A stretch of DNA of 63,866 bases, counting the filler, from Aduncisulcus paluster (taxonomy: Eukaryota), in NCBI GenBank assembly GCA_024181965.1. It is 4 parts of 4 records of this genome, joined end to end, with 100 filler letters (N's around TTAATTAATTAA, not from the genome) between each part and the next. Parts side by side here need not be neighbours in the genome. Positions count along the whole stretch, not along the records: positions 50,701 to 61,681 come from BQXS01012727.1; positions 61,782 to 63,866 come from BQXS01012747.1; 2 more parts are not named here. One strand, 5' to 3'. The notes under the pieces are model-generated. The model had not been told where the DNA came from and did no database searches. It was given only the letters and a program-made list of their open reading frames with translations. Shown in pieces: positions 55,033 through 63,866 of this stretch (position 1 is the stretch's first letter; each line of letters opens with the position of its first letter). Made by a program: the position numbers and the translations under genes.

Positions 55033-55389
55033 GCTCCTCTCCTTTTATTTCCCCCACTTCTATTCCCTTCGTCTTGCGTCGTGTTGTTTTTTTTCTGAAC
55101 GAACAATCTTTTTTCATTCTCTGTTAAGTTTATATTATTAATTCATGCTTCTTATTAATAAGAAATTATCATTTTTTTTGATTTTTTTGGCATTCAAATT
55201 GATTTCTTTAGCTATTTCATTGTTATTGTTATAATAAATATAAAATTTTTTACTTTTGTTATATTTTATCAACTTTTGTGGCAACGGGATGTATATTTAT
55301 TTCAAAATATAAAAGATTTTGTTTTGGGTGCTGTCTTGGGCCCAAATAAGTATTTTCCCAATTAATATTAAACATTTATTGATATAATC

Positions 55390-58047
55390 ATGAAGTCAAG
55401 TGTGGCCAGTAAGAGATTTCCCGAGTCTTTTCGATTTGCAGGATCACAAGAAGTTGTAAAGCTTAAAACTGGCGTTTTTGCATCTCGTAAGATAATTTGT
55501 CCCATTAATGAAGTTTTTGTTGCCAAAAACATACGATTCAATGCCCACATTAGGTCATATTATGTTGGATATCCGTACTTTTCAATTATTGTCCATGATC
55601 CTATACTTCGAAAACTCCATTTTTTGTCTCTTCAAGAATCTGATCCATCAAATTTAAATATATTCATCACAGTTCACGCCCCGATTCCTTATCCAACCCA
55701 ACCCATTGTTGTTGGAAATACCATATGGATGATACCATCTAGAATGAGCAACAAGCATTCCTCGGCTGAAGTTTGGAAAGTAAGATTAGGAGATTTATTA
55801 AAAGGAATAAGCCCAAAGCCAACTTCAATTGTATGCCCTCACCTGATAGATTCTCGATTTTACAGCATTGGAAATTGCCAAGACGGTATTACTGCTTTTT
55901 TCAGTTCAAACAAGGGATATGTTGTTTCATTTAACTTCTCAACGTGTCTCTTTTCTAGAATTTGTACTAGTATCGCCAGTTGCTGGACATATCCTCTCCG
56001 CCCTGCGATCCGTGTAAAACGAACTCCTCAAACCCCCATTTCAAGTCCATTGGTCTCCAATCCAAAGGCTTTATCCCATAGTGGTGATTGTATGTCATAT
56101 TCAGCCCAGTCTCTAGCTGCAACATTGTCGACTTTCTCTCCCAAATCATCCCATTCTAGAGTCACGCCTCTATCTTCACCCATTGGTAATCCAAACATGC
56201 CAGGGGTCTCATCAGAATCCTCTCCATCCTACGGTGGCTATTCATCCGCCTCTCGTTCCTCAACCTCCTTTGGTGGCTCTGGTTCAGATTATCCCACTAT
56301 GGATCTGATCCCCGTTTGTGTGAACCAGACTGACTTGCCCATATTTGAGCTCTGTCCAGACACCTTCAAGAGTCATCGGACCAGATGCACAGGGGAATGT
56401 GGAGCCCTTCTGTACCTTCCCAGTCAAAAGATGGCCAGGGCAGCTCTTGTCAAACAAGCAGAAATCGTGGCAGCCCGAAAGAAAAAGTTGATGGAGACCA
56501 ACAAGAGAACGGCCAAGTCTTCACCTCGAATGGGTGTCTCTTCCCCAAGGAGTCATCGAATGTCAACTTCTGCCGCCGAATCTACTTCAACTATTGCCAA
56601 AACCACATCTCCTCGTCCCATTCCTTCGTCTTTCCAACATAAAATGACTAGAAAAGAGTTAGAAAGTCCTTCTCATGCTAAAAATAGTTCTGAGAAATTA
56701 GATGGTGAGTCTATGAAGTATCATCCAGCTTCTCCCATGTACCAGGCCTCCCAGAAAGATATCGAGGCAGGAATGCTCCCCTCATCGTATCTTTCCTCTG
56801 TGACTCATCCTTTATCTCCTCTCCATCCTCTCTCTCCGTGCTCACCCTCAGCCTTTGACGTATCTTGTTCCCCTCTGGCTGTCAAGGTGGCTGAGGATCC
56901 ATCGGTACCAATCAGGAGTCCTCGACTTTCTCAAACTCAAGGTCAACAACATTCTTCTNNNNNNNNNNNNNNNNNNNNGTTAGAAAGTCCTTCTCATGCT
57001 AAAAATAGTTCTGAGAAATTAGATGGTGAGTCTATGAAGTATCATCCAGCTTCTCCCATGTACCAGGCCTCCCAGAAAGATATCGAGGCAGGAATGCTCC
57101 CCTCATCGTATCTTTCCTCTGTGACTCATCCTTTATCTCCTCTCCATCCTCTCTCTCCGTGCTCACCCTCAGCCTTTGACGTATCTTGTTCCCCTCTGGC
57201 TGTCAAGGTGGCTGAGGATCCATCGGTACCAATCAGGAGTCCTCGACTTTCTCAAACTCAAGGTCAACAACATTCTTCTCCTCGCCAACTCCAGCATGGT
57301 GTTCATGGAGTCGACCAGTCTCATCTTATTGGTAGCAGCAGTGAGAGGAGAAGAAGTTCTTCCTTGTCCAGCTCAGATGTTGGACATTTCCCCTTTGCTC
57401 CTTCTTCTTGCTCTTCCTCTTCCTCCTCTACTTCAACTTCTGGCCGAGCTGTCACCCACGTTGTTCCGGGTGATTGTGTTATCATTGGGTTTTCAGAGTC
57501 CGATTGTGTGAAACACCTGACTACTAAACGTTCCACCACTGAAAAGGAGAGAATCAAGAAACGTAAGGAACATCTTGCCCTTCAACAACGTTCATCTTCT
57601 TCCTCTTCTGCTTCCTCTTCTTCTGCTTCCTCACGTGATGTTGGAAAGTCCTCCATCCTTGGATCTTCAGCCTCCGGCAGAGTTCTTATTGAAGGAGCTT
57701 CCACCCCGTCGGTAATTCCTCGGTCGTCACATCTTTCCCAAGTTGAGGATGGGAGTGTTAATGGTCTTCATAATGATGCCTGTGGTGAACATGATGAAGA
57801 AGAAGAGGAGCATCACCCTCAAGCACCTTCCCCAATGGTGTTAGAGCCAGAAGAATCTGATCATAGTTCTTCTACTGCTCCAAACCTCACTTCTTCTCTC
57901 GTGTCTGGCAAAGTTCATGAATGTATAAGCTCAGATGAATGGAAAATCGTTGGAAATAATATCCATTATACAGGATATTCTCACCTTTATCTATTTTTAG
58001 ATCAACCAACGATGATGTGGGCCATTGCTCGTATTGTCGTTCTTTAG
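55390..58047 (+). CDS. Hypothetical protein, beta-rich N-terminus with long Ser/Pro-rich disordered region (gap duplication 56658-56958/56979-57279)
   Basis: Long ORF; no family recognised. Confidence 0.7.
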   Translation: MKSSVASKRFPESFRFAGSQEVVKLKTGVFASRKIICPINEVFVAKNIRFNAHIRSYYVGYPYFSIIVHDPILRKLHFLSLQESDPSNLNIFITVHAPIPYPTQPIVVGNTIWMIPSRMSNKHSSAEVWKVRLGDLLKGISPKPTSIVCPHLIDSRFYSIGNCQDGITAFFSSNKGYVVSFNFSTCLFSRICTSIASCWTYPLRPAIRVKRTPQTPISSPLVSNPKALSHSGDCMSYSAQSLAATLSTFSPKSSHSRVTPLSSPIGNPNMPGVSSESSPSYGGYSSASRSSTSFGGSGSDYPTMDLIPVCVNQTDLPIFELCPDTFKSHRTRCTGECGALLYLPSQKMARAALVKQAEIVAARKKKLMETNKRTAKSSPRMGVSSPRSHRMSTSAAESTSTIAKTTSPRPIPSSFQHKMTRKELESPSHAKNSSEKLDGESMKYHPASPMYQASQKDIEAGMLPSSYLSSVTHPLSPLHPLSPCSPSAFDVSCSPLAVKVAEDPSVPIRSPRLSQTQGQQHSSXXXXXXXLESPSHAKNSSEKLDGESMKYHPASPMYQASQKDIEAGMLPSSYLSSVTHPLSPLHPLSPCSPSAFDVSCSPLAVKVAEDPSVPIRSPRLSQTQGQQHSSPRQLQHGVHGVDQSHLIGSSSERRRSSSLSSSDVGHFPFAPSSCSSSSSSTSTSGRAVTHVVPGDCVIIGFSESDCVKHLTTKRSTTEKERIKKRKEHLALQQRSSSSSSASSSSASSRDVGKSSILGSSASGRVLIEGASTPSVIPRSSHLSQVEDGSVNGLHNDACGEHDEEEEEHHPQAPSPMVLEPEESDHSSSTAPNLTSSLVSGKVHECISSDEWKIVGNNIHYTGYSHLYLFLDQPTMMWAIARIVVL

Positions 58048-58465
58048 ATCAGCAAAGGGGATAGAAATATGATGATTTAACCCATATTTTATATTTATCA
58101 AGCAATTTATGAAAGGGTATGTTCACCAACTGCCTATCAAGTGGTTGAATGAAAACGAATTTATTTGATTCTAACCGGTTATTTTTATCTTTTACCACTT
58201 ATTTTCTATCCAAATCATTTAGAATTAACACTTAGGATGAATTATTATTTTTTGTTTTTTGTATTTAATATGCTTAACCCTTTACGATTTTATTGGGCTT
58301 TCTAGAATCTAGAGTATATATATATTTATAATACCTTCTGTGTTACGTAAAATGATACTTCCTGGGCTCTCGTTATTTTGGATCTTGTAATACTAAGAAA
58401 AAGTTAAGTTGTCGCGATAATAAAGTCACTATTTTGTACTATACTTGACCACGAATTCCATTCTT

Positions 58466-58594
58466 GTTTCGTGACGAAACGCTGTTTTGAACATCCCAAG
58501 ATACCACAGCGCAACCGAACATTTGAATTCTGCCTGGGTTCAGGCCAACAAGCATTGTTTTCTTTGTTCCAGTTGCTACCGGTTAGTAACCGGT
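58466..58594. repeat. Palindrome cluster in GC-richer intergenic island
   Basis: GTTTCGT-G-ACGAAAC 58466-58480; GCCTG-GGTT-CAGGC; ACCGGTTA-G-TAACCGGT 58578-58594. Confidence 0.85.
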
Positions 58595-58780
58595 CATCAC
58601 CGAAAAAAACCCAAACCGAAGTTATGGGGGTCGGATCCACTGTAGGAGCCAAAAAAAATTTAATAAAGTTACTAAAATGGCGTTATTAGTGAATATATGT
58701 CCTAAAATTAAGAAATTATTTGTTTTTTTCGCTTCCAGACGAATTCTGCTATTTTGTGCGCTTCACATAATACCTTTCCC

Positions 58781-60568
58781 ATGTTTTGTGCCTATTTTTT
58801 ATTTATAGTTGGGATATCCGTTATATTTCGTAATTTTATCATTCCAGTTGATACTGCAATTGCTTTACCGCACGAATCTCTTCGATGCACCATTACACGG
58901 GAAGGATTGTATGATTTTGTTGAAGTAGGACTTGAACCTTCTATTGATTATGATGCCGAATCACTCCAAATTCCTGATCAATCAATTCCTTTTACAATGG
59001 GAATTACCAAGGGAGTTATCGATTTTAAAAATTTTAATGTGGAGTCTTTCACTTTTTTTGAAGATGATGAAACTCTTATTGCTATTTCTGGTGCCGATAA
59101 TTCACTTTTGCTAGATTTATACGATGCTGGTGTAATTATCAGCGTCGATTACAAGTTCAAACTTACAACTTTTCCATACACTGAGACGTCTGGAAGTGCT
59201 GTAATTTCTGTTGAAGGTCTGGATTTTCAAGTTTCTCTGACTGTAGAAGTTGTCCCCGATGATACTGACCAATCCTGTTTTGACAATGATTCTTTACCTT
59301 CTATCGAGGAGATTTTGGCAATGAATCAGGATGATGATGAATATTGTGGGTACAATGTTTCAATTACCCTCAAGACATTCGTTGTCAATATTGAATATTT
59401 CGATATCCAGTATATTGGTGATGTAAATCCTATGATCGAGGCTCTGACGACCATTCTCAGTGATACTCTCGTCGTTATATTTGATGAAGTCATTTCTACC
59501 TATGCTGTGGATTTAATCAATGCTTCTTTGGTTCATTCAGCTTCACCCTCAGAATATCTCTATAATAATTCAGAAACGTATTTTGAGTTGGCTGGTTCCC
59601 CCACAATCAAATTCACTGATACATATGCTGTTGTTCCCTTTGCATCGGCACACACTCAGCGTGTTAATGGCACCTATGATAACCCCAACAAGTACCTTGC
59701 CCCGTTCATGCTTGAAGACGATCCCATGATATATCCGACGTTCCCTGATGTTATTGCTGGGAACGATATCAACCTTTTCGTTGGAGCTGGTATTATTGAT
59801 AATGCTTTTTATCAACAGCTCGTGAATAATCGTTCGCACTGGGAATCTATGAATGTTTTCACTGGGACAAAGACCAAGACAGCATGTGCTTCTGAAAGGA
59901 ATGGATGCGGGGCTTCTGGAGAGTACGAACGTATTTCAAGTTCCTCAGTGATATTTGAGTCTAGTTCGTATGCAGTGTTTAACATTCCCGAGCTCAATTC
60001 CTGTGATGGGTGTGATCTTGAAGTTGACTGGCTCCTTGCTGATCCTAACGTAGATCCAGTTGTTCCATATATCGAGAGTTTTGAGGTTGATGGATTTGTG
60101 CTGGTGTATGAGGATCTTAATGTAAATATTCGTGGAGTTGATTCCGATGGGAATAAGTTCTTTGAAATACCCTTCATTACAACGCTTGAGTTCAAGGGAA
60201 TCATTATTTCAGACCACGTATTTGTTAACATTATGCAAGGGTTCCAATCTGTCAGAGAAATATCATACTCTGGCACTGGAGATCCCTCGATGTTAGATGC
60301 GTGGACTCATATCCTTGCTATAACATCTAGTGGCTATCTTCAGCCATTTATATCCAATTATTTCGAGCAAAGGTTTGCATGGTTTGTTAATCTTCCCGTA
60401 GGAAACTTCTTCTCCTGTTCTTTCAAAAATGAGGAGCTTTACTACAGTCCAGAAGGCAAGTACCTCACTCTTACCATGGATATTGACATGTGCAATTGTG
60501 ATAGGTCGTGTTGGAAGGATGGATCATGCAGGAATGATGCAAGAGAGCTGACATGTATCCAATCGTAA
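58781..60568 (+). CDS. Secreted BPI/LBP/CETP (TULIP) family lipid-binding protein
   Basis: Hydrophobic N-terminus; LRCTITREGLYDF...LQIPDQS (cf. RITQKGLDY...I.IPD.S); long beta-rich acidic two-domain body. Confidence 0.7.
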   Translation: MFCAYFLFIVGISVIFRNFIIPVDTAIALPHESLRCTITREGLYDFVEVGLEPSIDYDAESLQIPDQSIPFTMGITKGVIDFKNFNVESFTFFEDDETLIAISGADNSLLLDLYDAGVIISVDYKFKLTTFPYTETSGSAVISVEGLDFQVSLTVEVVPDDTDQSCFDNDSLPSIEEILAMNQDDDEYCGYNVSITLKTFVVNIEYFDIQYIGDVNPMIEALTTILSDTLVVIFDEVISTYAVDLINASLVHSASPSEYLYNNSETYFELAGSPTIKFTDTYAVVPFASAHTQRVNGTYDNPNKYLAPFMLEDDPMIYPTFPDVIAGNDINLFVGAGIIDNAFYQQLVNNRSHWESMNVFTGTKTKTACASERNGCGASGEYERISSSSVIFESSSYAVFNIPELNSCDGCDLEVDWLLADPNVDPVVPYIESFEVDGFVLVYEDLNVNIRGVDSDGNKFFEIPFITTLEFKGIIISDHVFVNIMQGFQSVREISYSGTGDPSMLDAWTHILAITSSGYLQPFISNYFEQRFAWFVNLPVGNFFSCSFKNEELYYSPEGKYLTLTMDIDMCNCDRSCWKDGSCRNDARELTCIQS

Positions 60569-60849
60569 TTATAATTTCTTGTTATTCATTTGTTTTATAT
60601 TACTTTTAACTATTTCTTTGTCTATCGTACTATTCGCCCTAAAAATGACATTTTTTTTTTTTTTTCTTTTTACACTACTTAATTTTATTGAGACGTTTTC
60701 ACCGCTTCTCCTCGGGCTTTGAATTTTCAAAGTTCGAAACAACTTTCTTTTCCTTCTCATGGACTTTTTTTGTGTGAGATTCTTTCGATTATCATATTCA
60801 CATTAACTATTGAATTAATTAATTTTTTATGATTAATTAATAACACGAG

Positions 60850-60890
60850 ACCTTGTATAACAAGGTAGACTGAGTCTACATAGACTCTAT
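60850..60890. repeat. Palindrome chain
   Basis: ACCTTGT-ATA-ACAAGGT 60850-60866; GTAGACT-G-AGTCTAC 60865-60879; ATAGA-C-TCTAT 60880-60890. Confidence 0.9.
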
Positions 60891-61430
60891 TTTTACATTA
60901 TTAATGGATATTTATTTCAATGATGGATCGCTCTATTTTTATTTTTATTCTATTATTCTATTGGAAATATTCATATTCAAATTAATAATATAGTATATTA
61001 AATATACACAAATGTTTTTAGCTTTTTGATTTCTTCCCTTTTCGTTTTTTTAAAACACTTTTTTACACCTCAATTTTCGTGATCCCTCAAAATCACTAAT
61101 TTTAGTTTGGACCAAAAGTGGACCAAGAAGTTGGTCCGGATATATGAATCAAAATATAATCATGTTTTGATCCGAGATCAAATATGGACCATTTTGAAGT
61201 TTTGATCAATATTGGAGCAAATATGATCAATGAAATGGGATCAAATTTAATCCATATTTACTTGAAGATCAGAATTGGATCAAATTTTGATCTGAGAAAA
61301 TGCTCCACAAATGATCTTGGACCATTTTCGGACAAAAGTGCGCGGCTATGTAATATCCTTGAAAATAATTTATTTTGCACTCAGAAAATTCCAGAAAAAG
61401 AAATATATATTGGTCCATCAATCCACATAT

Positions 61431-61681
61431 TTACAAAGCACTTTCACCTAAAAATTTAATTCCATCAATTCTCACCCACCTTTGACCACCCCATGAGCCC
61501 CTAAATATAACATTACAACCAATAACTCCGTACAGTCTACCAACAGGTATTCTATGAAGTTCAAAGTTTGAATGACGCATTTTTAATATTCTATATGATA
61601 TTGTTTCGGATGATCCATCATCCAATTGAAATTCAAGATCCATATCCATGGGTTGAGAATCGGATCCAAAAGCACAGATAT
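61431..61681 (-). CDS. C-terminal fragment of another beta-sandwich-repeat family member (cut by scaffold end)
   Basis: ICAFGSDSQPMDMDLEF...GCNVIFRGSWGGQRWVRIDGIKFL. Confidence 0.75.
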
Positions 61682-61781
61682 NNNNNNNNNNNNNNNNNNN
61701 NNNNNNNNNNNNNNNNNNNNNNNNNTTAATTAATTAANNNNNNNNNNNNNNNNNNNNNNNNNNNNNNNNNNNNNNNNNNNN
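61682..61781. other. Artificial scaffold linker
   Basis: N-TTAATTAATTAA-N. Confidence 0.95.
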
Positions 61782-62407
61782 CGTTCAATACTTGCTTCTC
61801 TTATTGCTTCTCTTTGTTCCGTGCGTTCGTCTCGGGTAGTAGTTGGTGCGTCAGTCTGTGCAGTGATAGTAGTTTGTCTTGATGTGAACCTCTTATCTCT
61901 GATGAGGTTCTCTATGGCCGCCGCTCCCCATTCGGTGCTTGATGCTCCATCCTGGGAAGGAAGCTGCGCCAGTATAAGGATCATGAGGTATTTAGGCAGA
62001 CTATTTGTTAGAGCAGCATACCCTTTGGGGTTTTCGAGAAGTCCTCCGGGACCATCTGTGAACAGGATATACAAGACATCCTGTAGTATGGAATAAGTTG
62101 GTGTATGGTATGTTGAACCGTTTCGTGATGTTGGGTTGGTCTGGGAGAGTTTTTTCGTGTTATCAAATTTGGAAAGTGTGATTGTTTGTGCATCTTCGCT
62201 CAAATTTATCATATTTCCAAACCACTGGTTTCAATGGCATTGATTATCGATTGCCTCAAAGAGCGTATTTAATCTGTCTAAATGCTCATATTCGCGTAAA
62301 GAGAAAGCTTGTATTATATTTTGTCGGTTAATATTATTTGCTCGGAGTGTATTAAATACATATCGCGCAAGTTCATATTTCCGGGTTAGATTGGAATTTA
62401 TAGTCAT
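61782..62407 (-). pseudogene. Unknown ORF interrupted by one in-frame TGA; possibly mobile-element or viral derived
   Basis: ATG 62407 is in frame with ATG 62212 apart from a TGA at 62233-62231. Confidence 0.4.
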
Positions 62408-62836
62408 ATTCCTTCGTAAATTTAACCACAGAGGAGGTTAATTTAAATATATTTTCGGTTAATTGGAATTGTAAAACACAAACAACAAACAACAACAACC
62501 TCAAGCATTTCCTCCAGTTTGAAAAACATCTGACATTTAAAGTTGCTCGAAAGTATGTATTAATTGCCCATATACCCCGATTAACAAGATTATTTACTCA
62601 CATTAACCTGCATTTCGTTGTATAAGTCTGCTTTTATTGTTTTTACCCCTTTAAACCATCCCCACGGCCAAGAATGTCTGCATTTTCCAACCATCAAAAC
62701 GATCATTTTATATCGAAAATGTCCTTTCCTAATTTATTTGTCAACTCCAACGATTCTCTTTTTTCATCCTTTGGCTCTTTCTCTGTCGAAGATTCTTTGA
62801 ACTCACCGTGTTTGTCGTTACACAATTCCCCTTTAT

Positions 62837-63866
62837 TTATATTTGTCGACAAAGAATCTCGAACAATCCGTCCATCTTCTCAATATTTTTCTCCTTGGTA
62901 TCCATTTTCCCCTTGCTATGATTTCGATCACCGTTGCTGCTCTCTTGCCGAGCATTTCTGTAAGCACATGAAAGTTTACCCTGATTATGACAACGAGTGC
63001 CGTCCTTCCCATCCTGTTTTGACACGATTGGTTCTTCAAGATCTTTACCACCCATGCAATGCCAAGTTGTCAAGATCTCCAATATCTCCAATATTTCAGC
63101 ACGGTTCAATTTCTCAGCACGGTTCAATTTCTCAGATGTCTCAGATATCGACTCCTCTAAGTTCTTCTTCACCTCCATCCTCCCAAGATCACTCTGAGGC
63201 TTTATCCCACACTTCATCGTCTGGTCCAGCCCTTGCATCTCTTCTCCTGTTTCTCATGCTTCCTTGTTTATTCTTTGTGCCGGATCATGTCCATCCGAAC
63301 CATCTTTATGCCGGTTCTCCCTTTTTAATGTTCTTCTTCCTGTTAGTGTTTCTGGTTCTATCACTATCTCTAGCATTATTACTATCACTCTCATCATGGT
63401 TATTGTCCACTGACCCTGTCAATTGCTTTCTTTCTTTCACATCCTCTTTGTTTCCATGTTCTTCCTCATCCTCAAAGATACTCAATGAACATCGACATCC
63501 TTCGTCTCATATCACCTGCTCTTTAAAGCCCTTGAAGCTCTTGAAGTCTTTAAATCAGAGCAATCGTGATGGTCATGCACATCGTTTGTTCTTGCTCTTC
63601 ACTCGGATGCTCTTCTTCATGGTTATATGTTCATCAATATGCATGGTCTCTGCCGAAGTTGAAATATCCATCCCCGATGCAAACCTTCGAGCTGCTGTGT
63701 GTTCTGCTCTCGTTAGTTCTATTGGGCTTCCTGCTAATTGTCCAGTCATAACCAATATTGACATGCTGTCGTTGACTTCCCTCAGTGCATCCTCTGTTGA
63801 CACCTTCGAAGGATTGTCTTATGCCACGGACCTTGCATCACTCACCATCGATGGCACATCCACATC
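62837..63866 (-). pseudogene. Decayed purine-rich low-complexity coding sequence with several stops
   Basis: Coding-like fragments (63803-63573, 63238-62837) separated by stops; 18-bp tandem unit (EKLNRA)x2. Confidence 0.35.

Noticed and set aside
7120..57279. Apparent tandem domain duplications in the homeobox, TTC4, both kinase and Ser-rich genes, and duplicated gene ends at 18.1-18.7 kb and 20.3-20.7 kb
   Set aside because: Every case flanks an exactly 20-N gap (7376, 11432, 18399, 20499, 25683, 41312, 46332, 56959): unmerged contig overlaps. The single SNP at 7155/7431 suggests allelic haplotypes.
30964..62233. Stop-codon reassignment (TGA or TAR read as sense)
   Set aside because: Conserved genes end at TAA, TAG and TGA at expected positions and long ORFs have no internal stops; isolated in-frame TGAs are better explained as pseudogenisation
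131..63751. Numerous 60-150 aa antisense/overlapping ORFs (e.g. 37823-38248, 50767-51177, 53563-54021, 59812-60276)
   Set aside because: Shadows of real genes or of poly-S/poly-E repeats on the opposite strand; no independent motifs

Overview
AT-rich, gene-dense, intron-poor eukaryotic nuclear DNA from a flagellated protist. The style resembles a free-living fornicate such as Aduncisulcus, but that is my inference and is unverified. The window concatenates four scaffolds joined by artificial N-TTAATTAATTAA-N linkers. It also has eight 20-N gaps, each flanked by an artefactual ~190-340 bp direct duplication. About 30 genes are present: ciliary (WDR78/IC138-like, DNAI1, IFT20, CFAP410, EVG1), chromatin/transcription (TAF7, TALE-like homeobox, globular linker histone H1, HP1-like), chaperones (TTC4, DNAJC3-like), an Mps1-like kinase, an RNF5-like ligase, NTF2-like, SIVA-like, BPI/LBP-like, a CPBP protease and a probable Pex19. 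Two lineage-expanded families stand out: giant helical-repeat + kinase proteins (one ~3600 aa) and proteins built from a tandem ~150-aa beta-sandwich domain. Five short GTATGT introns were reconstructed by hand. The most unusual non-coding signals are (i) chains of single-base-centred palindromes of unrelated sequence in many intergenic spacers and (ii) a 496-bp inverted duplication of a divergent promoter region bracketing the EVG1 gene. All family assignments come from motif recognition by eye; no database searches were run.
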